Source: Mustelus asterias
Lineage: Eukaryota
NCBI RefSeq assembly: GCF_964213995.1
Contig: NC_135825.1
Span: forward strand, 52,266,001-52,330,000
DNA length: 64,000 nt
Direction: 5' to 3'
Shown here one piece after another: positions 24,880 to 36,526 of this stretch; position 1 is the stretch's first letter, and each line of letters opens with the position of its first letter. A model generated the notes under the pieces. The model was not told where the DNA came from. It worked only from the letters and a program-made list of their open reading frames with translations, and did no database searches. Position numbers and translations under genes: made by a program.

Positions 24880-25122
24880 CGGGGGAAAGAGGACATCACG
24901 GAAGAGAGAGGACATCACAGAAAGAGAGGCCGTCACAGAGAGAGAGAGAACATCACAGAGAGAGAGAGAACATCACAGAGCGAGAGAGAGAGAGGTCATC
25001 ACTGAGAGAGAGAGAGAGAACATCACAGAGAGAGAGAGAGAGAGGTCATCACTGAGAGAGAGAGAGGCTGTCATTGAGAGAGAGAGAGAACATCACACAC
25101 AGAGAGAGAGAAAGAACATCAC
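24880..25122. repeat. GA-rich minisatellite, (GA)n with ACATCAC/GGTCATCACT spacers
   Basis: Directly visible repeating units. Confidence 0.9.
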
Positions 25123-25654
25123 TGCGTTTATCTGATGGAGATTTTGTCATGTTCTGGTTAAGTAAAGATTTGTGTGAGCTCAGGTGGATTGAACTCTGCT
25201 CTCAGTGTTACTGTGTCAGGGACTTACTGCTATAAAAATGTGTTCCTTTTTGCTCCTTTATGGTCTATTTATGTAATAGCTCACTGTGGACAGTCATCAA
25301 CAAATATTCTCCAAGATGCAGAGATGGATTAAGCAGGTGTTGTCCACAAACACTGAACACACAGACACAGACAGAACAATTGAATAAATTCAATAGGGTT
25401 AGCAAGGAGCCTTTCATTGTCCCCTTGTTGAAATAAAATCTCACCGTGTCATCTTCTATCAAACTGCTTCTCCCCGGGTTTCTCAGAACCTTGGAGCTCC
25501 ATTAGCTTTCCTTTTAGTATCTGCAAGCTTTTACAGTCCAATGCTGATATTAAGAATGATTTTGGATACTGTGGGAAACATAGATGAAGGAAATGTGTTT
25601 CAGGTAGTATGTGATTGTCAATTAACAAAGAAAAGCTCACAATCATGTCTATTT

Positions 25655-26005
25655 TTTATTCATTTGTAGGACATGGGCGTCACTGGTTGGCCAGCATTTA
25701 TTGTCCATCCCTAGTTGCCTGAGGGCAGCTGAGAGTCAAGCACATTGCTGTGGCTCTGGAGTCACATGGAGACCAGACCAGGCAAGGACGACAGGTTTCC
25801 TTCCCTAAAGGACATTAGTGAACCAGATGGGTTTTTCCGACAATTGACAATGGTTTCAATAGATTCTTAATTCCAGATTTTTTTATTATTGAATTCAAAT
25901 TCCGCCATCTTTCATGGCGAGATTCAAATCTAGATCTCCAGAACATTCAGTTGAGTTTCTGGATTAATCGTCCAATGATAATACCACCAGGCCATCGCCT
26001 CCCTT
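25655..26005 (-). mobile_element. Second tRNA-derived SINE family; other copies ~32650-32930(-), 34915-35290(+), 41235-42045(+, split) and 45690-45945(-)
   Basis: Shared CCATCTGGTTCACTAATGTCCTTTAGGGAAGGAAA core and GGGCAATAAATGCTGGCC tail. Confidence 0.75.
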
Positions 26006-26851
26006 ATATAGCACCTTGCCGAATGTACTAAAACAGTTTAAGCCAATGAAGTAGTTTGAAGGGTGCACACTTGTAATGTAGGAAACACGGCACCCAATCA
26101 GCGCACAGCAAGAGCCTCTGACAGAGCTGCACTCCCTCAGTACTGCATGAAAGCATTAATCTAGATTATGTGTTGAAGTCACTGGAGTGGAACTTGAACT
26201 CACAGCTTTCTGTGCTGCCATGTCTGATTCTAACCGACTGATATTTCAATAATTAAAGATTTATTAGAACCATAGAACCATAGAAAATTACAGCTCAGAA
26301 ACAGGCCTTTTGGCCCTTCTTGTCTGTGCCGAACCATTTGTTCCAGAAAATCAGGTTTGTATGCCCGTGGCTCTCTGACGTATGAGCATTGCTTCCAGCC
26401 GGAGCTACCATACATCCAATCACCTCCTAAATGATCCATTATCTAAGCACTGTTTTACAATTCATCTTACATCATTTCTCTGCTTTCTAACCATTGTGAC
26501 GTTTTACAGTTAAGAATCTCGCCCTTTTCACATTGGGTTTTTCAACATGCTAAAAAACATGCAGGTGAAAGGGAGTGAAAGTGCTTTAAGAATCACCAGT
26601 CAGAAACTGGTAGCAGGACGTTTCATTGGGAAGTGAAATTGCAACAGCAGAATTAAACAATGGCGGAACAAAAGCTAAATTGATTAATGTAGTCAAACAC
26701 CTCAAAGGATAGATTCAGCTACCAACCGTCCATGCACTCAGATCTCAAGTCCGAAGTCATTCCTAGTTTAATAAGCACAGGTATAATTATTCCTGCTCGG
26801 AATAAGAGCGATTTATAAAATGCATTTTTGCCTGTCTTGATCTAATGCATA

Positions 26852-27185
26852 TTCAGAAAGAATGTTCCCGATGGTGGGGGAGTCCAGAACGAAGGGTGAT
26901 AGTTTGAGGATCAGGGGTAAACCTTTTAGAACTGAGGTGAGGAGAAATTTCTTCACCCAAAGGGTGGTGAATGTGTGGAATTCACCACCACAGAAAGTAG
27001 TTGAGGCCAAAACATTGTGTGACTTCAAGAAGAAAATAGCTCTTTGGGCTAAAGGGATCAAGGGATATAGGGGTAAGGGGGGATCACGATATTGAATTCG
27101 ATGATCAGCCATGACCAATATGAGTGGGGGAGAAGGCTCGAAGGGCCGAGTGGCCTACTCCTGCTTCTAGTTTCTATGTTTCTAT
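26852..27185 (+). mobile_element. CR1 3' end fragment
   Basis: MFP..RNFFTQRVVNVWN and an (TTTCTAT)-type tail. Confidence 0.85.
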
Positions 27186-27593
27186 AACAAAATTCAGCTC
27201 TGTTTCATACTATTACAATGACTTTCAATGTAGTTCCGAGATTAAGAGAAATGTAGGGACTCTAATATTGAAATCAGATGCTTATCCCATGAGTGTATGA
27301 TGTTGTGATTGAACAGAAACGCATGCTATTCCTTGCTCCAATGAGAGTGAGTGCATGATAACGTAAATGGCACAAAGATGACTTGTTTCACAGAGAAGGC
27401 TGCAAAGCCTTACTACCAATAAAGATTAGTATGGCTCTCTATCTGGATGTTTGCTGAATGATACCAAAATTCTGACATTGTTTCAATGCATTCAGAAATT
27501 ATCAGCAAGCATCTGCCATGAAATGGGTTTGAGCTGAGATCAGCAGCTTTTTGCCGTCTTTGATAGAAATATAAAAAGATGCCATAGGCAGGG

Positions 27594-27946
27594 AGTGCAC
27601 TCAGTGCTATCCAGTGCACTCAGTGCTATCCAGTGCACTCAGTGCTATCCAGTGCACTCAGTGCTATCCAGTGCACTCAGTGCTATGCAGTGCACTTAAA
27701 GCTATCCAGTGCACTCAGTGCTATCCAGTGCACTCAGTGCTATCCAGTGCACTCAGTGCTATCCAGTGCACTTAAAGCTATCCAGTGCACTCAGTGCTAT
27801 CCAGTGCACTCAGTGCTATCCAGTGCACTCAGTGCTATCCAGTGCACTCAGTGCTATCCAGTGTACTTAAAGCTATCCAGTGCACTCAGTGCTATCCAGT
27901 GCACTCAGTGCTATCCAGTGCCTCAATGCTATCCAGTGCACTCAGC
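27594..27946. repeat. 19-bp minisatellite (CAGTGCACTCAGTGCTATC), about 18 units
   Basis: Period of 19 directly visible; variant unit CAGTGCACTTAAAGCTATC occurs three times. Confidence 0.95.
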
Positions 27947-28764
27947 AGTCGGCATTGAAAAATACAAGGACATTAATTAGTTAAATAATATCTGAATTTA
28001 TTTTGTTTTTTTAGAGAAAAAATATCTCTCTCCACTATACTGTACTGCACTGTAATGTTCTATGTTCTATACAGTTCATGCTTGTGAGAACCCAGCCACT
28101 CTTCATCAGTTCTTAATTCATTTCAGTGTCAGGGTCAATACTTCCAACCCACCCACACCCACTTCTCAAAGGCTGAACTCTTTCTTCACCCTCTCGCCCC
28201 CGCTGAATTTCAGGGTCTAAACTCTCTGAACTCTTCTACCTCCCCACTCTGTGTCTAAACCCTATCTCCCACCCGCAGTATCAGGGTCTAAAATCTTTAA
28301 TCGATATCTTCTCCCTCCAGTCTTCAAACTCTTCCCTCCCCACCTCCCCGAGTTTCCAAAGTCTCTGCCCCCATTCCCAGTCTCTAAATTCATCCCGCTC
28401 CTCCCTTCAGTCTCCAAACTCTTACCAACCCTCTCCTGCAAACTCTAAGCTCCCCTCTCGCCAATCGCTTACCCTCTCTCTACCTTTAGTCTCTAGGCCT
28501 TGGGCCCACTGTCACTGCTGAACTCCAGGCCCCACAGCCCTATCAAAATCCAGGCCTTGGGTTCTGCTGAACACAGACCCAGGCTGCCCCAGGCTCTCTC
28601 CTACAACCCCACTCCCCCCTTTCACCCCCCCCCCCCCCCCAACTCCTGAAATACTTACCCTGTTGCCATCACCATTGTTGCTCCCATACCAGCTCAAAAC
28701 TGCATCAGAGCCGGCTTCAACATCACCTCCTGTTCCAGCCAGCCCTGCAAACTGGAGTCTAGCT

Positions 28765-29255
28765 GGAAGAACAGGGAGGGAAAGGATGAGGGGTGGGGGT
28801 TGGGGGGTGGTGGGGGGGGGGGGGGGGGTAGAAAATGGGGAAGAGAGAGAGAGGAAGAGAGAGAGAGAGACCAGGGGGTAGAAGAGAGGAGAAGGAGGAG
28901 AGGGGGAGAAAGAGTGAAAGAGGTATGGGTAGAGAATGGTGTGGAGGAGGAAATGGAGTGGAGAGAGAGAGGAGGGAGAGGGGAGACATGGAGAAAGAGG
29001 AGGGGAGGTGAGAGGGGGAAAAGGGAGGGTGAAGGGGGAAAGGGAGGGGAGAGGGGCAAGGGAGACAGAGAGGAGGAGGCAGGGGGAAATTGGGAGGAGG
29101 AATGAGAGTGAGGGGGAGAGGAGGAAGATGAGAGGGTGAGGCAAGAGAAAGGAGGGGGAAAGAGGGAGGGGGAGAGAGAGCAGGGGGAGGGAGGGGGAAG
29201 GGGAGAGAGGGGTGAGGGGGGAGAGAGGCAGAAGAGGGGAGAAGGGGTGAGAGTC
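28765..29255. repeat. Polypurine G/A-rich low-complexity tract
   Basis: Composition; preceded by a C/T-rich tract at ~28150-28500. Confidence 0.85.
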
Positions 29256-29924
29256 ACTTGGTGAATTTTAACTGTTTACTTGCCCTGGGCCATTTGAATT
29301 AAACAATCCCATTGTGTATAATTTATGCTGGCGCTCGCTGACGTATGATTCAGTTGTGTTGATGGATAAGCCGCAAAGCCTTCACATTTCAAACTCACCC
29401 TTTGCTTAAAGGTGACCTGTTCACGAGGAGTATGTTTGTGTCCACGACACACCCAAAGAATCCAAGTGTACTTATTTATACGCCATGAATACTGAGAAAT
29501 CTAAAGCCAGCAACAACAGATTGCATGTCTACAGCACACACAGAGCCAGCTCAGAGCTCTTACAGAACTGAGAAACCCAATGAGCAGTGAACAGCAAGGA
29601 AAGGGATAATTGAAAGATTAAGGGGATGTGTGGAAGGTGGAGCAATGCTAACAGCAACTTATTCTTCATTACCTCTACTTATTTTAGGAATGGTGTCGGG
29701 ACAAGCTGATGTACTGCGCAACCTTTCTCCCTCAACCCTCACCATGAGGACCATTGGACAATTCCTAAATTCAGTGCCGTCCGTTGGTCGCAGCAATATA
29801 CACCGTGACTGCTCCAATAGCCTTCCTAACAATAGTGACTGTGGTATAAAGCAGTCGGCTGGCTGTAAATTACTTCATGATGCCCTGACAATGTGAAAGT
29901 TGTAATATAAATACAAACTCTTAA

Positions 29925-30610
29925 TTGGCTGAGAGATTCAAGCCTCTAGGTGTCCAGATCACCAACTTCCTGTCCTGGTCTCTCCATGCCGACGCTATAG
30001 TTAAGAAAACCCACCAACGTCTCTACTTTCTCAGAAGGCTAAGGAAATTTGGCATTTCAGCCACAACTCTCACTAATTTTTACAGATGCACCATAGAAAA
30101 CATCCTTTCCGAATGTATCACAGCTTGGTATGGCTCCTGCTCTGACCAAGATCTTAAGAAGCTACAAAATGTCATGAATGTAGCTCAATCCATCACGCAA
30201 ACCAGCCTCCATACACTCCATTGACTCCATGGCTGATCATTGAATTCATTGACTCCATACACTTCCCGCTGACTCGGAAAAGCAGCCAGCATAATCAAGG
30301 AATCCATGCAGCCCGGACATACTCTCTTCCACTTCTTCCATTGGGAAGAAGATACAAAAATCCGAGAGTATGTACCAACCAACTCAAGAACAGCTTCTTC
30401 CCTGCTGCCATCAGACTTTTGAATGAACCTACCTTGCATTAAGTTGATATTTCTCTCCACCCTAGCTATGACTGTAACACTACATTCTGCACTCTCTCCC
30501 TTCCGTCTCCCCTCTGTTCTCTATGAATGGTATGCTTTGTATAGCGCGCAAGAAACAATACCTTTCACTGTATCCCAATACATGAGACAATAATAAATCA
30601 AATCAAAATT
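29925..30610 (+). mobile_element. Rex1/Babar-like LINE 3' fragment
   Basis: KKTHQRLYFLRRLRKF..FYRCTIE..CITAWYG and NSFFPAAIRLLN; (ATCAA)n tail. Confidence 0.85.
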
Positions 30611-31041
30611 AATTGGTCTTGCAGCTTTGTTTGAGGTAGAACAGGTGAGCTTCTCTCTCCTGGTAATTGTTCGTGAACATCCTACCACCATTACTGTCAT
30701 TCCCTTTCCTCTTTCAAGCTTCTAGGCAGAGGTACAATTTTCCCGTCCTGCCCGCCAAGGGAATCATAGTGGGTGGACACGGATCATCCAAAGGTCCATT
30801 GATCTCGGGCGGGATTTTCTGGCTTGGGGCAAGCGCAGTTGGAATATCCCGCCCGAGATGTTTACTGGGCCTTACTGCGGTAGACTTAATTCTTTACAGG
30901 TCTAATGTGGAAAAACATAGTTTTCAGTCTGGCATTGGCTCATTTGACTCAGCTTTGTTCTACCAGGGCCATAAAGAAGGAGTGAAGACAGTAACTCCTT
31001 CCTCTCAAAGCCTCTAATCCCTGGATTGCTTACCTTGCTGA

Positions 31042-31852
31042 CTCAGACAAATGTGAGGTAATGCATTTTGGAAGGTCTAATACAGATAGGAAATATACAG
31101 TAAATGGCAAAACCCTTAAGAGTATTGATAGGCAAAGGGATCTGGGTGTACAGGTACACAGGTCACTGAAAGTGGCAATGCAGGTGGAGAAGGCAGTCAA
31201 GAAGGCATACGGCATGCTTGTCTTCATTGGCTGGGGCATTGAGTTTAAAAATTGGCAAGTCATGTTGCAGCTTTATAGAACCTTAGTTAGGCCGCACTTG
31301 GAATATAGTGTTCAATTCTGGTCGCCACACTACCAGAAGGATGTGGAGGCTTTGGAGAGGGTACAGAAAAGATTTACCAGGATGTTGCCTGGTATGGAGG
31401 GCATTAGCTATGAGGAGAGGTTGGAGAAACTTGGTTTGTTCTCACTGGAATGACGGAGGTTGAGGAAGGACCTGATAGAAGTCTACAAGATTATGAGAGG
31501 CATGGACAGAGTGGATAGTCAGAAGCTTTTTCCCAGGGTGAAAGAGTCAATTACTAGGGGGCACAGGTTTAAGGTGCGAGGGGCAAGTTTTAAAGGAGAT
31601 GTGCGAGGCAGATTGTTTACACAGAGAGTAGTGGGTGCCTGGCACTCGTTGCCGGGAGAGGTACTGAAAGCAGATACGGTAGTGAGTTTTAAGGGGCGTC
31701 TGGACAAATACATGAATAGGATGGGAATGGAGGGATGTGGTCCCCGGAAGGGTAGGGGGTTTTAGTTAAGTCGGGCAGCATGGTCGGTGCAGGCTTGGAG
31801 GGCCGAAGGTCCTATTCCTGTGCTGTAATTTTCTTTGCTCTTTGTTCTTTGT
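31042..31852 (+). mobile_element. 5'-truncated CR1 LINE
   Basis: ORFs 31061-31453 and 31460-31765 match the CR1 ORF2 C-terminus; TGTTCTT tail. Confidence 0.92.
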
Positions 31853-31889
31853 ACCCTTTGTTGTATGTTCCACAACCTTTTAAATTCAA

Positions 31890-32280
31890 GAGTAAAAACA
31901 AAATGCTGCCAATACTGGAAATCTGAAATTAAATAAACAGAAAATGTTGGGAAAGCTCAGTAAGCCGGAACTGGAGGGAGGAACCAAGGGACGGACTTTC
32001 CAGCATTTTTGGCCACTCTCCAAATTTCCCCATCTCGCCCATGACAGTACTGGCAAATCCCAGGCAAAGTTAACGTTCCGAATCCATATGAGAGTGGAAA
32101 CAGGTGGTGGAGCAGGTGGGTGCCCTCAACAGCAGGAAGCCCATTACACTTCCATCTCTTTTCAGCTCTGAAGAAGAGTTTTAATGAATTCGAAACATTA
32201 ATTGTGTTCCTCTCCCCGCAGATGCTGCCAGACCTGTCGAGTTTATCCAGCATTTCCCGTTTTCTTACTTTAAATTCTAA
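31890..32280 (+). mobile_element. Penelope-like element with inverted pLTR ends and a degenerate hammerhead (32163-32204)
   Basis: CTGAAGA-A-GAGTT..AATTC-GAAAC core; 31890-31970 is the reverse complement of this family's 3' tail. Confidence 0.6.
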
Positions 32281-32324
32281 ACTCGGTTTCACTTCCATTT
32301 CATTACTTTTTAATTTACCCTCAG

Positions 32325-32630
32325 GGGTGGCTCGGCGGCACAGCGATCAGTACAGCTGCCTCACAGCGCCAGGGACCCCATTTCGACTCCCGGCTTGCAT
32401 CACTGTCTGTGTGGAGTTTGCACGTTCTCCCCGTGTCTGCGTGGGCTTCCTCCGGGTGCTCCGGTTTCCTCCCATAGTCCAAAGATGTGCAAGTTAGGTG
32501 CAATGGCCATGTTAAATTGCCCCTTAGTGCACCCGAACAGGCGCTGGAGTGTGGTGACTAGGGGGTTTTCACAGTAACTTCATTGCAGTGTAAATGTGAG
32601 CCTCCTTGTGGCTAATAAATAAGCTTTACT
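32325..32630 (+). mobile_element. HE1-like SINE with alternative tail
   Basis: Core plus CCCGAACAGGCGCTGGAGTGTGG...TTTCACAGTAACTTCATTGCAG tail. Confidence 0.85.
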
Positions 32631-34309
32631 TTAAAAAAACTTTAATTTATTCTTTCATGGGGTGTAGGTGTCACTGGCAAGGCTGGCATTTATTGCCCGC
32701 TCCTGATTGCCCATGAACTGAGAGGCATGCTGGGCCATTTCAGAGGGCAGCTGAGAGTCACCCACATTGCTGTGGGTCTGGACTCACATGTCGGCCAGAC
32801 CAGGTAAGGAGAGCAGATTTCCTTCCCTAAAGGACATTAGTGAGTGAACTCAGATGGGTTTTTACAACAATTGACAATGGTTTCATGGTTACCATTACTA
32901 AAATCAGCTTTTAATTCCAAATTAATTCATTCATTCACTGAAAACCTCATCTATTTTTCTCTGCTGTTCTACCTTATTGACATTGGGTGACCTGAGACAT
33001 CACTAAGGTTAGCCAATATAAAAGTGAAATGATACAGTTGGTCGTATCACAGTAGCTGCTATCTCTCAGTGTCTTTGTAATTTACCAATCTTCAGAAAGA
33101 GACACACATTAGAGGGGAAACTAAACAAGAAAAAGAATCTCTGAAACCTCTCCCTGCTCTCCTCCTGGCAGTATTCTGAAGATTGTACAGTCACCTTTAT
33201 GGGTAGATTGCATTCTTTGCTCCTATCCTGATCCATGCCCCAGGTAAGTTTGTGTTTATATAATCACATTCCATGCTGTCATTAATTTATACATAACAAT
33301 TATAAAATATTTACTAAAAACATATCAAAAAATGCTTTGCAAAGTGAAGGACATCCAGGTCCTTTTTGACATGATTAATGGATTAAGAAGTTGACATTAA
33401 GAAATGTCCTTAAGGGAGGAAGAGTTTCCTCTGGTTTCTAAGCGTGAGATCCATCATAGTGAGAAAGTTTCCTCTGCTCAGTACTTGGTAAGACCATTGT
33501 AGATACAGTGAGAAGATTTATTCTGCTTACTATGGGTCAGGAACATCAAAGAGACCAGTAAAGGGAGGGGTGGGATGGGTCGGGGTGGGGCGGGGGGGGG
33601 GGTGCGATGCGGCAGAGCTGCTGAGATGTGTTCATTGGCTCTGCTAAAGTCTATTGCATCCAGTTGGGGCCACAAGGAGCTTTTCGTGAATAGAGAATAT
33701 ATCAGTGGCATCCCCAGACTGAAGAGTTGTACAAGTGCCATCTGGAGTCTCCAGGGTTGTTGTGTTCCATAGCCCCCTTCCCAGAAAAGAGACCTCACTG
33801 CCTGAACAGCTGCCTGTTTGAAAAATAAAAATTAATTCTTCGGGCTCCAATTCTGGCTCCCAGATTTGTCGGAGTCACTGAAAGATTTGCCTTTCAACCA
33901 CTGATGGTTAATTTTCCCGAATCCCCTCAATCTGGGAGGCATCGAATTCACTTCAAAATAACTGGCAGTTGCTGTGACGCCAGGCCTCATGGTCCTGGAT
34001 GGATGCCAAGCAGGCAACGGACTAGTAACCGACATCATTGGGCAGGATAGTTGATCGACTTGGCCAGATGAAGTGAGAGATGGGATGGGCATCTATGATG
34101 TTATATTCGTGAAAGTGTCTGTTCACCCATAGACTGGCAGGCACAGTACACAAGAACACAAGCAATAAAATCCAGGCCACCAGGGCCTTCAAGCCTACCC
34201 CGACATTAATACGATGATGGCTGATCGATGCCAGACTCAACTCCTTTTCTGTGCCATTTCCCCATAGCCCTCTATCCCTCGATCTGTCAAATATTTAAGT
34301 TTTTTAAAA

Positions 34310-34605
34310 AGTTTTTATTTATTAGTGTTACATTAACACTGCAATGAAGTTGCTGTGAAAATCCCCGAGTCGCCACACTCCAGCGCCTGTTCGGGTACAC
34401 TGAGGGAGAATTTAGCACGGCCAATGCACCCTAACCAGCACGTCTTTCGGACTGTGGGAGGAAACCGGAGCACCCGGAGGAAACCCATGTAGACACGGGG
34501 AGAACGTGCAGACTCCGCACAGACAGTGACCCAAGCCAGGAATCGAACCCGGGTCCCTGGTGCTGTGAGGCAGCAGGGCTAACCACTGTGCCAGCATGCC
34601 GCCCT
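34310..34605 (-). mobile_element. HE1-like SINE with alternative tail
   Basis: Same structure as 32325-32630, on the minus strand. Confidence 0.85.
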
Positions 34606-35344
34606 CCTTAAATACTCCACTTTAAATACTTCTAATGATCCAGTCCCCACCACCCTTTGGGGCAGAGAAGAAATTTTTACACACCTCAGTTTTAAATGAC
34701 CGGCCAGCAAGCTAAAAGGCTGACGACCATCTGATCCCCTTCCCTGGCCACCCAAACTGGAGTGACTTCACAGGAGTCCCAGCATGATCCTGTGTCGCTA
34801 CACCAGCAGGTCGACAACAAACTCAAACCACCACATCCATGGCGCTTGCAGCCTGCAGAGCTGCCCCTATCGCAGCAGCCCCAACATTGAGCCACCTCGA
34901 CACTTCCTGCTAGAGGGAGCCGATGGCCTAGTGATATTCTCGCTACGTTATTAATCCAAAAGTTCAGCTTCAAAGTAAGTTCGAAACCCACCACGGAAAA
35001 TGGTAGAATTTGAATTCAATAAAACAAATCTGGAATTAAGAATCTACTGATGACCATGAAACTATTGTCAGTTGTTGGAAGAACTCATCTGGTTCACTAA
35101 TGTCCTTTAGTGAAGGAAATCTGCCATTTTCACCTGGTCTGGTCTACATGTGACTCCAGAGCCACAGCAATGTGGTTGACTCTTAACTGCCCCCTGAAAT
35201 GGCCTAGCAAGCCACTCAGTTCAAGGGCAACTAGGGATGGGCAATAAATGCTGGCCAGCCAGCGATGCCCATGTCCCATGCATGAATACAAAAAAGGTGA
35301 AAACAGATTGGTTCGGAGAAAATCCGGAGCATGCACTAAGTTCA

Positions 35345-35778
35345 GGGAAGATAGGTCTTATGAGGAAAGGTTGAGGGAGCTAGGGCTGTTCTCTCTGGAG
35401 CGGAGGAGGTTGAGGGGAGACTTAATAGAGGTTTATAAAATGATGAAGGGGATAGATAGAGTGAACGTTCAAAGACTATTTCCTCGGGTGGATGGAGCTA
35501 TTACAAGGGGGCATAACTATAGGGTTCGTGGTGGGAGATATGGGAAGGGTATCAGAGGTAGGTTCTTTACGCAGAGAGTGGTTGGGGTGTGGAATGGACT
35601 GCCTGCGGTGATAGTGGAGTCAGACACTTTAGGAACATTTAAGCGGTTATTGGATAGTGACATGGAGCACACCAGGATGATAGGGAGTGGGATAGCTTGA
35701 TCTTGGTTTCAGATAAAGCTCGGCACAACATCGTGGGCTGAAGGGCCTGTTCTGTGCTGTACTGTTCTATGTTCTATG
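35345..35778 (+). mobile_element. CR1 3' fragment
   Basis: SYEERLRELGLFSLERRRLRGDLIEVYK; (TGTTCTA)n tail. Confidence 0.9.
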
Positions 35779-36526
35779 GGAGCTTCTGAGAACGTTGAAG
35801 CATCAAAGAAAGGAAAGACAAGTCTTTAAAATTGCTCATTTCACCATCTCGTGGCCAAAGCAATTTTGTAACCTTGAAGCATGGTCACTATCACGTGAGG
35901 AAATGCGACAGCTAAGTTGCGCACAGCGTGATCCCACAAATGGCAATATGATAAAGAGCAGCTGATCTGTTTTTGAGGTGTTGTTTGAGGGATAAATACA
36001 GGGAAGGACATTGGAAAGAATTCCCTTGTTCTTCTTTGAATAGTGCGATGGGTCTCGTGTCTACTCGAGAGGGCAAATGAGAACTCGAGCTGAAATTATA
36101 GTGAGAAAATAGAAGATTCCCCCCCTCCTCCGGCCCCCCCAGGGTATTGCAGTGTACCAATGTTACAGAGGGAGGTAAGTGTACTGGATGAATGACCAGG
36201 TCAGCTAATGGGGGCTAATTGTATCAGCAAATTCAAGCAAGGCCAAGTGAAAACATTGTCGATAAGAATATTTGCTGGACACTGTAATAGGAAGATGGAT
36301 GACATTGGTTTAATCCCACCCTATGCATTCCTACGTTGGTACAAATATAGGAATGTGTACCATCATTTAAATGCCCTTCTATTGGTTTCCCCCCCATTGT
36401 ACAGGCCAGACTGTATGGGGTTAAATGTTCCGAGCTCACATACTGTGTATACCCTGTATTGTAGGCATGAAACTCATCATTATCTTTCTGTTAACAACAG
36501 AATCGCGAGTTGTGCACTGCCAGTTT

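Noticed and set aside
27633-27980. 115-aa repetitive Cys-containing ORF
   Set aside because: It is a translation of the 19-bp minisatellite.
28512-29257. Long Pro/Ser/Leu- and Gly/Glu/Arg-rich ORFs
   Set aside because: Artefacts of low-complexity purine/pyrimidine tracts that lack stop codons.
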